A DNA stretch of 64,000 nt from Deinococcales bacterium (GCA_043778225.1 JAYWGM010000094.1:1-64000); one strand, 5' to 3'. Positions 8,041 to 17,814 are shown, numbered from the stretch's first letter. The notes: a model not told the origin generated them from the sequence alone. Numbers and translations: made by a program.

Positions 8041-8113
8041 GCGTATTCATTTCGGATTGATACCCTCTACCTCTGCTTTTGAAGCACTCGAGAACATCCG
8101 CAACAGCAACCCG
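8041..8113 (-). pseudogene. BrnA antitoxin gene fragment
   Basis: Reverse strand reads RVAVADVLECFKSRGRGYQSEMNT, closely matching RVDADVLEWFKSRGKGYQSEMNA of the gene at 20968-21255. Confidence 0.8.
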
Positions 8114-8127
8114 ATATACTAAAACCA

Positions 8128-8421
8128 ATGGAACTCGAGCTAAGCGGCGAACTTTGGTATTGGCGTGGACCTGCACCACATTACTTTATTATCGTGCCAG
8201 AAAAGCAATCTGTTGAATTAAAAGCTGCCTCAAAATTGGTGACTTATGGCTGGGGAATGATTCCAGTCAAAGCCCAAATTGGCAAAACCAGATGGAAAAC
8301 TTCTTTGTTTCCTAAAAATAACCTCTATCTTGTGCCAATCAAAAAAATTGTCCGAATCGCAGAAAATCTCGAGGAAGGCAACCTAGTGGCGGTACGCCTC
8401 GAGCTTGGCTTTTTGCCTTAG
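8128..8421 (+). CDS. DUF1905 domain protein
   Basis: LWYWRGPAPHYF...TYGWGMIPV...WKTSLFPK...YLVPIKK; TATACT 7 nt upstream of the ATG. Confidence 0.85.
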   Translation: MELELSGELWYWRGPAPHYFIIVPEKQSVELKAASKLVTYGWGMIPVKAQIGKTRWKTSLFPKNNLYLVPIKKIVRIAENLEEGNLVAVRLELGFLP

Positions 8422-8757
8422 TTCGGTGCTTTTTCTTGTTACCTCTAAGCCATTGACAACTGTGTTCTCGAGCTAAAAAAATCACTGTGATGAATTACAT
8501 TCTTGCCGTAGAGTAAGTGTCCAATTACAATTTGGCAGGCAATGTCCTCAGTCTATGTTCAGTTTTTCTACTATACTGCTGGCTATGGCTGAACGGGGGC
8601 TGTAGGCGTTTGCAATGGGATAACCAAGTCGAGCATTGGTCACGCCTTTAGAGGCTATATCACAAAGTTTAGAACCACCTCGAGCTAAGCTCGAGTGACT
8701 GTTTTTGTTGCTGTTTGCCTCTAAGCCGTTTTCCCCACCAAAATTATTGGAGTACCT

Positions 8758-10050
8758 ATGAAAAAATACTGGATTGCTGCCCCACTTGTTTTAAGTTTTG
8801 TTGCCCTGGCGCAAGGTGTGACCGTCGAGTTCTGGCACACCTTTGGCGATGCCAAGCGCAGTGGCTGGATTCAGGCTCGAGCCGACGAGTACAACAAAGC
8901 TAACCTAGGGCAAAAAATTGTTCCACTCTATAAAGGCAGTTCCGATGAGAGCCTGCAAGCGACCGTACTGGCAGCCCGTCAGGGTAAGCCTCCTGCGCTG
9001 TTGCAAGTCGAAGGGGTCAGCTCTCAATTGGCGCTCGATAGTGGGGTTTTTCAGTCGGTCAGCGCGATTAAGAACGTTGATTTTAGCGATTACATCAAGC
9101 CAGTGGTTAGTTATTACACGATTGGCGGCAAGGTCAACAGTATCCCGTTTAACAGCAGCAGCCCAGTGCTGTACTTTAATAAAGACTTGATGCTCAAAGC
9201 TGGCTTAGACCCTAAAAACCCGCCAACCACCTTTAGTGCCGTCTTCAAAACCTGTGCTACTTTCGATGCGGCTAAACTCGGCATCAAGTGTATGGCTTTA
9301 ACCCCGTTTAGTTGGCTATTTGAACAGTGGATGAGTCAGCAAAACGCGCAATTGCTCAATAACAGCAATGGTCGTCAAGACCGAGCCACCGCCACGAATA
9401 TAGACAGTCTGGCAGGACGCAAGATTTTTGAGTTTTATAAAGAATTAAATGACAAAGGCTACTTGACCAATACTGGAAAGTTAGCCGATACAGTCGGCAC
9501 AAACGCAATCTTTGGCAACCAAAAAGCACTGATGACCATTAACAGCACCGCCGGCTTGGGTAATTTACTCGATGCGGCTAAACAAAGTGGCTTCCAGATG
9601 GGTGTTGGCGTACTGCCGATTCCAAATGGCTCGAGCCGCAACGGTGTGATTATTGGCGGCGCAAGCCTTTGGGTAGCAAAAGCGGTCTCCAAGCCAGAAG
9701 CCGAAGCTGCCTTGGATTTTGCCCTTTTTATGACCAACACCGAAAATATGGCAAGCTGGCACAAGATAACCGGCTACTACCCAGTGCGAACCAGCACCGT
9801 GGCTTTGCTGCGTAAGCAAGGCTGGTTCTTAAATAATCCGCTTCAGATTGTGGCGTTTAATCAGTTACTCAACACCAAGCCAAACATCGCCAATGCTGGG
9901 GCGCTGACTGGGGCGAACCTACAAATGCGAGCCGTGATTGAGCAGAGCATCCAAAAAGTCCTGAGTGGTCAGGGTGTCGCCGATGTTGCCAAAACCGCCA
10001 ACGAACAGGTCAATGCAGCGCTGGTGGAGTACAACAAGAATTTTAAGTAA
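8758..10050 (+). CDS. ABC transporter substrate-binding protein (CUT1 / UgpB-like)
   Basis: Signal peptide, VEFWH, SIPFNSSSPVLYFNKD, IIGGASLW and TGYYP motifs. Confidence 0.9.
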   Translation: MKKYWIAAPLVLSFVALAQGVTVEFWHTFGDAKRSGWIQARADEYNKANLGQKIVPLYKGSSDESLQATVLAARQGKPPALLQVEGVSSQLALDSGVFQSVSAIKNVDFSDYIKPVVSYYTIGGKVNSIPFNSSSPVLYFNKDLMLKAGLDPKNPPTTFSAVFKTCATFDAAKLGIKCMALTPFSWLFEQWMSQQNAQLLNNSNGRQDRATATNIDSLAGRKIFEFYKELNDKGYLTNTGKLADTVGTNAIFGNQKALMTINSTAGLGNLLDAAKQSGFQMGVGVLPIPNGSSRNGVIIGGASLWVAKAVSKPEAEAALDFALFMTNTENMASWHKITGYYPVRTSTVALLRKQGWFLNNPLQIVAFNQLLNTKPNIANAGALTGANLQMRAVIEQSIQKVLSGQGVADVAKTANEQVNAALVEYNKNFK

Positions 10051-10108
10051 AGCAGAACAAAAGCCAAACCTCGAGCCATCTCGAGGTTCGTTTTGCCGGG
10101 GGAATGCC

Positions 10109-11083
10109 TTGAATGCAGTTCGACCAAACACCAAAGTAAAACGCAGCCGTCTGGCGACTCGAAAAAAGCTACCCAAGTCTAGTGGTGAACACGCCACCTT
10201 TCGCGGGCGCTGGTTGCCTTGGTTACTGTTGTTCCCAACCTTACTGATTCTCGGGGTATTCTCGTATTACCCAGCCGCTAAAACCTTGCGCCTGAGCGTT
10301 TTTCGATCCAATATCATTATTGGCAACGAGCAGTTTGTTGGATTCGAGAATTTCACGACGCTGCTCTCGAGTCGGGTTTATCACCAAGTGATTGTGCAGA
10401 CACTGGTCTTTGTTGGGCTGGTAGTGGTACTCGGGTTGGGTCTTGCTTTGGGGTTGGCGTGGTTAGCCAGTAAGCCGATTCCGGGCGCTCAATTCTACCG
10501 CCTGATGCTGATTTATCCGTATGCGCTGTCCCCAGCTATCGCTGGAACGCTGTGGTTATTTTTGTTCAATCCCGAAATTGGGGCAGTCAATAATCTTTTA
10601 GAGACGCTATTTGGCATCAAACCACGCTGGCTTGATAATCCATTTTTGACATTTGGACTGGTGGTCATGGCGACCATTTGGAAAGGGCTGGGCTACAACA
10701 TCGTCTTTTATTTAGCGGCAATCCAAAACCTGCCAAGTGAAGTCATGGAAGCCGCCGAGATTGATGGCGCGACCGCGTGGCAGCGTTTTTGGCACGTGGC
10801 ATTGCCGCTTTTGTCGCCGATGACTTTTTTTCTGATTTTTACCAATATTGTGGCTGCTTTATTCGACAGCTTTGGGTTGGTCAATATCCTGACTCGAGGT
10901 GGTCCGGTTTATGGCGAGACTGGCATCACGACTTTCTTGGTCTATCAGTTGTACGAGGATGGTTTTCGTAATTTCAAAACAGGTGCAGCCGCCACTCAAG
11001 CCGTGCTGATGCTGATGCTGGTGATGTGCCTGATTGTTTTGCAATTCAGATACGGCAACCGCAAGGTACATTATGGCGCTTAG
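10109..11083 (+). CDS. Carbohydrate ABC transporter permease (UgpA-like)
   Basis: FVGFENF and EAA loop EAAEIDGA; start placed at TTG 10109 after a G-rich RBS. Confidence 0.88.
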   Translation: MNAVRPNTKVKRSRLATRKKLPKSSGEHATFRGRWLPWLLLFPTLLILGVFSYYPAAKTLRLSVFRSNIIIGNEQFVGFENFTTLLSSRVYHQVIVQTLVFVGLVVVLGLGLALGLAWLASKPIPGAQFYRLMLIYPYALSPAIAGTLWLFLFNPEIGAVNNLLETLFGIKPRWLDNPFLTFGLVVMATIWKGLGYNIVFYLAAIQNLPSEVMEAAEIDGATAWQRFWHVALPLLSPMTFFLIFTNIVAALFDSFGLVNILTRGGPVYGETGITTFLVYQLYEDGFRNFKTGAAATQAVLMLMLVMCLIVLQFRYGNRKVHYGA

Positions 11084-11909
11084 GCGGCGAAACCGCCGCA
11101 AGCATGGCGGTTTTTGGACGCACTTGATTCTCAGTTTAGCAGTGCTGCTTGTGGCTTCGCCATTACTATTTGCATTGATTAAAGCCACCCAGACCAGCGC
11201 CCAAGTAACGGGTCCCAGCCTTGTGCCGGGCTTAAATTTGCTCGAGAATGCTCGAGCCGCTTGGGTTGGGGCTGGGCTGGGGCAGTATATGGTCAACAGC
11301 ACAATTGTGGCGGTCTGTGTGACCTTTGGTAAAACAGTGCTGTCGTTGCTGGCAGCGCTGGCGTTTGTCTACTTTAGATTTCCAATCAAAGGCTTGTTGT
11401 TTGCGTTGGTGCTGTTTGCCCTGACACTGCCAACCGAACTATTGATTGTGGCGTTGTTTGACTTGGTTTCGGGCGACCTCAAATGGGCAAACAGTTACGC
11501 TGCCATGGTTGTGCCGTTTATTGCCTCTGCCACTGGGGTGCTGCTGTTTCGCCAGCATTTTATGAACATCCCATCCAGTTTATCCGATGCTGCTCGGATA
11601 GATGGCGCAGGACCGCTGACATTTTTGATGAAAATCCTCGTTCCAATGAGCTGGAATACCGTTGGGGCGCTAACCGTAATCCAGTTTGTTTCGGCTTGGG
11701 ACCAATACCTCTGGCCTCTGGTGATTATGCAATCTGATAACAAACAAGTCATTCAGGTTGGACTAAGCCGACTGATTGACCTCGATTCGCAAGGCAACTG
11801 GGGGGCGGTCATGGCAGGAGCAATCCTAACGATTTTGCCGCCTGTTGTTGTTTTTACCTTACTTCAAGAGCAGTTCAGCAAAGGCTTTGCGCTTGGGCAG
11901 GACAAGTAG
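11073..11909 (+). CDS. Carbohydrate ABC transporter permease (UgpE-like)
   Basis: DAARIDGAG and WDQYLWPL motifs. Confidence 0.88.
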   Translation: MALRRRNRRKHGGFWTHLILSLAVLLVASPLLFALIKATQTSAQVTGPSLVPGLNLLENARAAWVGAGLGQYMVNSTIVAVCVTFGKTVLSLLAALAFVYFRFPIKGLLFALVLFALTLPTELLIVALFDLVSGDLKWANSYAAMVVPFIASATGVLLFRQHFMNIPSSLSDAARIDGAGPLTFLMKILVPMSWNTVGALTVIQFVSAWDQYLWPLVIMQSDNKQVIQVGLSRLIDLDSQGNWGAVMAGAILTILPPVVVFTLLQEQFSKGFALGQDK

Positions 11910-11924
11910 CTCGAGCTTGGTTGA

Positions 11925-13322
11925 TTATTCTTTACTGTAGGTCATCTCGAGTGGAATCACCCATTCGCTAAATTCCTCGTCGGTCACAAAGCCAAGTTTT
12001 AAGGCAGCTTGGCGCAGACTCAAACCTTCCTTGTGGGCTTTTTTGGCTATTGCGGCGGCTTTGTCGTAACCAATGTGGCGGTTTAGGGCTGTGACCTGCA
12101 TTAAATTTGTGCCAAGGTTCTGAGCGATTCTTTCTAAATTCGGCTCAATCCCAACCGCACAATTGTCGTTAAAACTAAGGCAAGCATCACCCAGCAAACT
12201 GATGCTCTCGAGGACGTTATGCACCATTACGGGCTTAAAGACATTGAGTTGAAAATTGCCTTGGCTACCCGCAAATGCCACCGTGGCATCGTTGCCAAAA
12301 ATTTGCGCCACGACCATTGTCATGGCTTCAGATTGGGTCGGGTTGACCTTACCGGGCATGATGGAGGAGCCGGGTTCATTTTCGGGAATATCAATTTCGC
12401 CAATCCCGTTGCGTGGTCCACTTGCCAACCAACGCACATCATTTGCCATTTTCATCAAAGCCCCAGCCAGTGTTCGTAAGCTGCTCGAGGTCGTGACCAG
12501 CGCATCGTGTGCCGAGAGTGCCGCAAATTTATTGGCGGCAGAAGTAAATGGCAAGCCCGTAATTCTGGCAATTTTAGCGGCGGCTAAATCACCAAATTTT
12601 GGATGGGCATTTAAGCCTGTGCCAACTGCTGTTCCACCGATGGCAAGTTCGTATAACCCAAGTTCGGCATGGCGCACTTGCCCCAGACAAAAATCGATTT
12701 GCGCCACCCAGCCGCCAATTTCTTGCCCCAGTGTAATCGGCGTGGCATCCTGCAAATGGGTGCGCCCGACCTTAACGATACTCGAGAATTCTTCGGCTTT
12801 TTTGTGCAGCGTATCGCGCAGCCGCAAAACTTTTGGATAGAGTTGGCGGTGCAGTTCCTCGACCACGGCAATGTGCATCGCGGTTGGAAAGGTATCGTTG
12901 CTGCTTTGACCACGGTTGACATGATCGTTTGGGTGAACAGGTTTTTTGCTGCCAAGTTGTCCGCCAGCCAGCGCAATGGCGCGGTTAGAAATCACTTCGT
13001 TGGCATTCATGTTGCTTTGTGTTCCCGAACCAGTCTGCCAAACGACCAATGGAAAATGGCTATCGAGGCTGCCATCAATCACTTCATCGGCGGCTCGAGC
13101 CACCAAATCGGCAATATCTGGTGGCAACTGTCCAAGTTCGGCATTGGCAAGCGCGGCGGCTTTTTTGAGGATGCCAAGGGCGCGAATAATCGCCCGACCC
13201 CAAATAAAACGGTCGCGTCCAATCGGGAAATTTTCGATACTGCGTTGGGTTTGTGCGCCCCAGTAACGGCTTGAGTCTACATTTAGAGCGCCCATTGAAT
13301 CGGTTTCGGTGCGGGTTATCAT
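11925..13322 (-). CDS. fumC: Class II fumarate hydratase
   Basis: [22 protein letters not shown] and [13 protein letters not shown] signature. Confidence 0.97.
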   Translation of the reverse strand: MITRTETDSMGALNVDSSRYWGAQTQRSIENFPIGRDRFIWGRAIIRALGILKKAAALANAELGQLPPDIADLVARAADEVIDGSLDSHFPLVVWQTGSGTQSNMNANEVISNRAIALAGGQLGSKKPVHPNDHVNRGQSSNDTFPTAMHIAVVEELHRQLYPKVLRLRDTLHKKAEEFSSIVKVGRTHLQDATPITLGQEIGGWVAQIDFCLGQVRHAELGLYELAIGGTAVGTGLNAHPKFGDLAAAKIARITGLPFTSAANKFAALSAHDALVTTSSSLRTLAGALMKMANDVRWLASGPRNGIGEIDIPENEPGSSIMPGKVNPTQSEAMTMVVAQIFGNDATVAFAGSQGNFQLNVFKPVMVHNVLESISLLGDACLSFNDNCAVGIEPNLERIAQNLGTNLMQVTALNRHIGYDKAAAIAKKAHKEGLSLRQAALKLGFVTDEEFSEWVIPLEMTYSKE

Positions 13323-13381
13323 GTTTTCTATTTTATCACTGCTTTTTAGGCAACTGCTACCAATATCTGATATACTACTTT

Positions 13382-14038
13382 ATGCCAGTCCCCGAAGCGC
13401 TGCCGCTCGAGAAGCGTCTGTTTAGACAAGATGTTTACCAGACCATTAAAAACTGGATTATAGACGGTACACTCGAGCCACTCGAGAAAATCCGTGATGC
13501 CGATTTGGCGCTACAACTCGGAGTCAGCCGCACTCCAATTCGTGAAGCGCTGCGTCAACTCGAGGACGAAAAACTGATTGAGACCAAAAGCAATGCCTGG
13601 ACTCGAGTGACGGGTGTGGACACCAGCCTTGCTAGGCGGGTTTACCCAATTTTACGGGTTCTCGAGCCTTTGGCATTAGAACTGGGCTTTATGAATCTCG
13701 AGCCACATAATTTTATCGCCATGAAAGCCCTGAACATTGCCGTGCAGCAGCATTTAGAAACCACCAATCCCAAAGCTGCGGCGCTCGAGGATACGGCGCT
13801 GCACAGCCTTTGGACTGGGCGCTGCCAAAATCCAGAATTGCTGCGTATTTTAGCCGACTTAAAAACCAATCATATTCGGCTCGAGATTCATTATTGGCGT
13901 GGTGGAAATACTGCCAAAAAAAGCGTCAGAGAACACCAAAAAATCATTGCGGCACTCGAGAAGAAAGACATAGAACTTGCCAAACGCGAACTCGAGGCGC
14001 ATTGGACTCGAGCCTTGGCACGTTGGGAAGCTAGATGA
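13382..14038 (+). CDS. GntR family (FCD) transcriptional regulator
   Basis: LALQLGVSRTPIREAL HTH; EHQKII in the FCD domain. Confidence 0.92.
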   Translation: MPVPEALPLEKRLFRQDVYQTIKNWIIDGTLEPLEKIRDADLALQLGVSRTPIREALRQLEDEKLIETKSNAWTRVTGVDTSLARRVYPILRVLEPLALELGFMNLEPHNFIAMKALNIAVQQHLETTNPKAAALEDTALHSLWTGRCQNPELLRILADLKTNHIRLEIHYWRGGNTAKKSVREHQKIIAALEKKDIELAKRELEAHWTRALARWEAR

Positions 14039-14913
14039 AAAGCTGGTTGATTCGACTTGCACCATTTGTTTTTGTGCTTCTTTGGAGTACGGGATATATT
14101 GGGGCTAAATTTGGCTTGCCTTATATTGAACCGTTTACTTTTCTTTTTATTCGCTTAATCGTTGCAATGGTCTTGCTGGCTGTTCTTGCCGCAGTCTTGC
14201 GTCAACGTTGGTTAGAAAAACTCGAATGGCAACACGCAAGTATAGCTGGATTGCTGTTACACGCAGGGTACTTGGGGGGTGTCTTTAGCGCCATTAAACT
14301 TGGTATGCCTGCTGGTCTAAGTGCCATCATTGTGAATTTACAACCTGTTCTGACCTCAAGCTTTGCCGCTTTTTTATTAAAAGAAAAAATTACACAACGC
14401 CAATGGCTGGGCTTAATTCTTGGTTTTATTGGAGTTGCCTTGGCAATTCTTGAAAAAACGACTGGTATCTTCCACGAGAATATTCCTATTTGGGGCATAA
14501 TTGCTGCTTTTATTGCCTTATTCTCGAGTACCTTTGGTACGATTTACCAAAAAAGATTTGCACAAAATATCCCACTTTTAACTGGAACAGCCGTTCAATA
14601 CGCCGCTTCGAGCTTAGTGTTTTTAATCGCTGCTTTGGCATTTGAAAAACGAATAATAATTTGGAATACAACACTATTGTGGACGATGCTTTGGTTTATT
14701 GTGATTATTTCACTTGGCGCAATTCTACTTTTACTTTGGTTGATTCGCCAAAATAGCACCACTCAAGTCTCGAGTTTATTTTACTTAGTGCCACCATTCA
14801 CTGCCCTCGAAGCCTACTTATTATTTGGTGAACAACTAGGAATTTTAGCAATTCTTGGACTTGCTTTGACCATGTTTGGAGTTGGTTTGGTTGTTACAGA
14901 AGGGAAACCATGA
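14035..14913 (+). CDS. DMT/EamA family transporter
   Basis: FVLLWSTGYIGAK start, about 10 TM segments, SLFYLVPP. Confidence 0.9.
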   Translation: MKSWLIRLAPFVFVLLWSTGYIGAKFGLPYIEPFTFLFIRLIVAMVLLAVLAAVLRQRWLEKLEWQHASIAGLLLHAGYLGGVFSAIKLGMPAGLSAIIVNLQPVLTSSFAAFLLKEKITQRQWLGLILGFIGVALAILEKTTGIFHENIPIWGIIAAFIALFSSTFGTIYQKRFAQNIPLLTGTAVQYAASSLVFLIAALAFEKRIIIWNTTLLWTMLWFIVIISLGAILLLLWLIRQNSTTQVSSLFYLVPPFTALEAYLLFGEQLGILAILGLALTMFGVGLVVTEGKP

Positions 14914-16076
14914 ACATTCGAGACAGCATCACCACCAGTACCGTCTTGGCTGGGATTTTAATTGTGATTGTTGGTTTTACAGGTTCGTTGGTTTTAACCT
15001 TTGATGTGGCTGATAAAGCCAATTTAACAAGTGCTGAACTGAGTTCTTGGGTTTGGTCTATCTGTGTTGGCAGTGGAATTTTGAGTTTGAGTTTATCGTG
15101 GTGGTACAAACAACCAGTCTTGGCAGCTTGGAATACCCCCGGATTGGCGCTTTTGGCAACCAGCCTTGGCAAGTACCCACTTTCGGATGCGGTTGGTGTT
15201 TATATTGTTTCTGGTGTACTGATTGCGCTTTTAGGGGCATTTGGTTGGTTTGATAAGGTCATGAAACTCGTACCGCAAAATGTGGCATTGGCGGTGCTGG
15301 CAGGAGCGCTTTTTAAGTTTGGCTTAGGCTTATTTACTGCCGCAACGCTCGAGCCAGCCTTGGTGCTGATGATGATTGCAGTATTTTTAGTGGCAAAATT
15401 TTTGAAATCTCGAGTCCCGATGCTTTGGGCATTGGTGGTTGGTTTCTCGAGTGCCGCATTGCTGAATAAATTCAGTTTAGTAGGCATCAATCTCGAGTTG
15501 GCAATGCCGATATTGATTGCTCCAACTTTTCATCTCGAGGCACTAATTGGGCTAGGGCTTCCCCTAACTGCCTTGGCGCTGGCTTCGCAGAATGCCCCCG
15601 GATTGGCGGTGATGCGTTCCTTTGGCTATGAGCCGCCAACCAAAGGCGCATTGGTCAGCACAGGACTGCTGAGTGCCTTATTGTCCCCGATGCTGTGTCA
15701 TGGTATAACACTGGCAGCCATCACTGCTGCGCTTGGTAACAGCCCCGAAGCTCACCCAGACCCCAAGAAACGGTATGGCGCGGGTATTGTGGCGGGTGTC
15801 CTCAAAATCGTTTTGGGGTTATTTGGCACAACCATCGTGGCGCTTTTTTTGGCACTGCCTAAACCACTTGTGGCTGGCATGGCTGGGCTGGCACTCTCTG
15901 GCACAATTGCCAGTTGTCTCGAGGGCGCATTTGGGGGCAGCAACCGCCGCGACTCGAGTATTTTTGCACTCTTAATCACCGCTTCTGGCGCAGAATTTCT
16001 TGGCTTAGGCAGTGCCTTTTGGGGCTTACTGATTGGTGCTTTGGTAGCAGGAATCCTTGAGCGCCAAAAGTTATAA
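14910..16076 (+). CDS. benE: BenE family benzoate/H+ symporter-like transporter
   Basis: PVLAAWNTPG, ASQNAPG, LAAITAA and GSAFWGL motifs. Confidence 0.85.
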   Translation: MNIRDSITTSTVLAGILIVIVGFTGSLVLTFDVADKANLTSAELSSWVWSICVGSGILSLSLSWWYKQPVLAAWNTPGLALLATSLGKYPLSDAVGVYIVSGVLIALLGAFGWFDKVMKLVPQNVALAVLAGALFKFGLGLFTAATLEPALVLMMIAVFLVAKFLKSRVPMLWALVVGFSSAALLNKFSLVGINLELAMPILIAPTFHLEALIGLGLPLTALALASQNAPGLAVMRSFGYEPPTKGALVSTGLLSALLSPMLCHGITLAAITAALGNSPEAHPDPKKRYGAGIVAGVLKIVLGLFGTTIVALFLALPKPLVAGMAGLALSGTIASCLEGAFGGSNRRDSSIFALLITASGAEFLGLGSAFWGLLIGALVAGILERQKL

Positions 16077-16144
16077 TTTCATGAATACTGAGATTGCTAA
16101 ACAATTTTTAGCCCTCGAGCAGATACAACAAAGCCTGAAATAAA

Positions 16145-17389
16145 TTATTTAGAAAGTTGACTCGAGGGGATGACTTCAAAGGTTTTTTGTCCATGACTAA
16201 GGTTATGCGTAAATTTAAGTACCACAATGTTGCTGGCTGCACCAGCTTGAGTGGTTTTTAATTCGCGTAAGTCGTTAGCAAAGCCTAAAGTTTTAGCTGA
16301 ACTTGGGTACTCGAGTGTGCCATCAGCTTGAACTTCGGTAAAGTAAGCTCGGTAGCCAACAGGTATTTCTTGTTTCTTCTCGAGAAATTCAAAAGTATAG
16401 GCTCTTTCTAAGCTGGCTATGGCTACGATACGCCCAGCCGGTAAGTTGGTTTGAATGGTGTGGGTGTAGTCCCGAAAAAAGGGTTTAATTGAATTGGGTA
16501 GGGTATCTATGATGGCTGCTGAATCTGTCATTAAATTATCGTTGTCTGTCCAGCCACCCAATAAGACTTGGAAACGCTGATAAAGAACAGATGGATACCA
16601 TACTGCTCCAGCAACTGGTTGTTCTTTTGTGCCAATGGTAAATCGGATTCCAGCGTACCGAATAACAGGATTATTCCACCCTGACATGGTGACTTCACCA
16701 CCAGCTTCACGTATCGCATCGGTTAGACTTCCAGCGTAAGCGTAATCTCCAATGAATGGAACAAGTTCGGTTTGACCATTGGGTAAAAGCATTTTCATGT
16801 TCTTTTGTGTGGTCAGGCGTGCTGAGCCACCTTTTGGGAAAAATATTTGTAATTGGGTGTATTTTTGTATTTCGGGTTGACGGGTCATGCCATTGATGAA
16901 TTTAGTTTCGATTTCTTTGCTTTCAAATTTTACTCCTTGAGGCTCGAGTACCGCCTTGAGGCTTTCCACACTAATCCAAGACCCATAACATCCTAGATTG
17001 GGGATGGTTTGACCTGAAGGTGTTTGGAGGTCAATCATGATTTGCTGGGTTTCTAAGCATTGTTTTACTGGTAAACGCTCTAAAACTGTAATCTGTGCGC
17101 TCGAGACACTGAGCATGGCTATTGCGCCGGCTGCCACAATTGTTAAAAATCCTGATATTTTGAATACGTTTGGCATGGTGTGAACTCCTATCATTCCTGC
17201 TCGAATGGTTTTGGCATCGCCAAGTTCTTCTAGTGTGCGAGCCACGGCGTGTTCATGCGGTATTCCAGCTATTTCGTGCTTGTGCGCCCGCTCGAGAATG
17301 TGCGCGGTAAGTTCTTCGCGTATCTCGAGTTTCTTCTTGCCCCACAGCCCTTTGGTGGCTTGGCTCAGGTATTTCTCGAGGACGTTCAT
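16145..17389 (-). CDS. Permease-prefix (HAAS-like) domain membrane protein with extracytoplasmic domain
   Basis: YLSQATKGL...EIREELTAHI...ELGD N-terminus, then one TM; coupled to PadR. Confidence 0.75.
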   Translation of the reverse strand: MNVLEKYLSQATKGLWGKKKLEIREELTAHILERAHKHEIAGIPHEHAVARTLEELGDAKTIRAGMIGVHTMPNVFKISGFLTIVAAGAIAMLSVSSAQITVLERLPVKQCLETQQIMIDLQTPSGQTIPNLGCYGSWISVESLKAVLEPQGVKFESKEIETKFINGMTRQPEIQKYTQLQIFFPKGGSARLTTQKNMKMLLPNGQTELVPFIGDYAYAGSLTDAIREAGGEVTMSGWNNPVIRYAGIRFTIGTKEQPVAGAVWYPSVLYQRFQVLLGGWTDNDNLMTDSAAIIDTLPNSIKPFFRDYTHTIQTNLPAGRIVAIASLERAYTFEFLEKKQEIPVGYRAYFTEVQADGTLEYPSSAKTLGFANDLRELKTTQAGAASNIVVLKFTHNLSHGQKTFEVIPSSQLSK

Positions 17390-17727
17390 GTTGCACCGCC
17401 GCGCAGGGCTTCGATGGCTTGGTTAAAGCGTTTCCACTCGAGGCGTTTTTGGGCTAGGGTTTTGTTACCTTTGTCGGTTAGGCGGTAGTATTTGCGTTTT
17501 GGTCCGCCTGTGGTGCTGTCCATGAATTCGGCAGCTAATAACCCCTGTTGCTCGAGTCGGTGTAGGGCTGGGTAAAGGCTACCTTCCTTAAAGTCAAAGT
17601 AACCTTCGGTGCGGTGTTGGGCTTCGTTAATGATTTCAAGTCCGTACATTGGGTTTGGCTCGAGAATCTCGAGCAGAATCAGGTCTAAGTTGCCTTTGAG
17701 TAAATTTGCATCTGGTTTCATATCCAC
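17386..17727 (-). CDS. PadR family transcriptional regulator
   Basis: LKGNLDLILL, MYGLEI, EGSLYPALHRLE and RKYYRLT. Confidence 0.93.
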   Translation of the reverse strand: MDMKPDANLLKGNLDLILLEILEPNPMYGLEIINEAQHRTEGYFDFKEGSLYPALHRLEQQGLLAAEFMDSTTGGPKRKYYRLTDKGNKTLAQKRLEWKRFNQAIEALRGGAT

Positions 17728-17814
17728 CTCGAGTACCTAGGATAAGTACATAGTAAACCTATATACGAATTTGTCAAGCGACGACCCTCCTCCGAGCAGC
17801 CATCTTGAAGGCTG

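Noticed and set aside
1..8113. Diversity-generating retroelement or prophage
   Set aside because: No reverse transcriptase, no adenine-specific TR/VR mismatch pattern and no phage structural genes.
7850..8179. 109-aa ORF as a real gene
   Set aside because: It is a chimera of antisense DUF1905 sequence, the brnA fragment and antisense linker.
8398..8421. Weak reverse-strand resemblance to repeat B at the DUF1905 3' end
   Set aside because: Short match in coding sequence, and similar ctcgagcttgg strings occur elsewhere by chance given the CTCGAG density.
12219..13274. Long antisense ORFs over fumC, and similar ones over ftsA, ftsZ and murC
   Set aside because: Shadow frames of well-conserved genes with no independent motifs.
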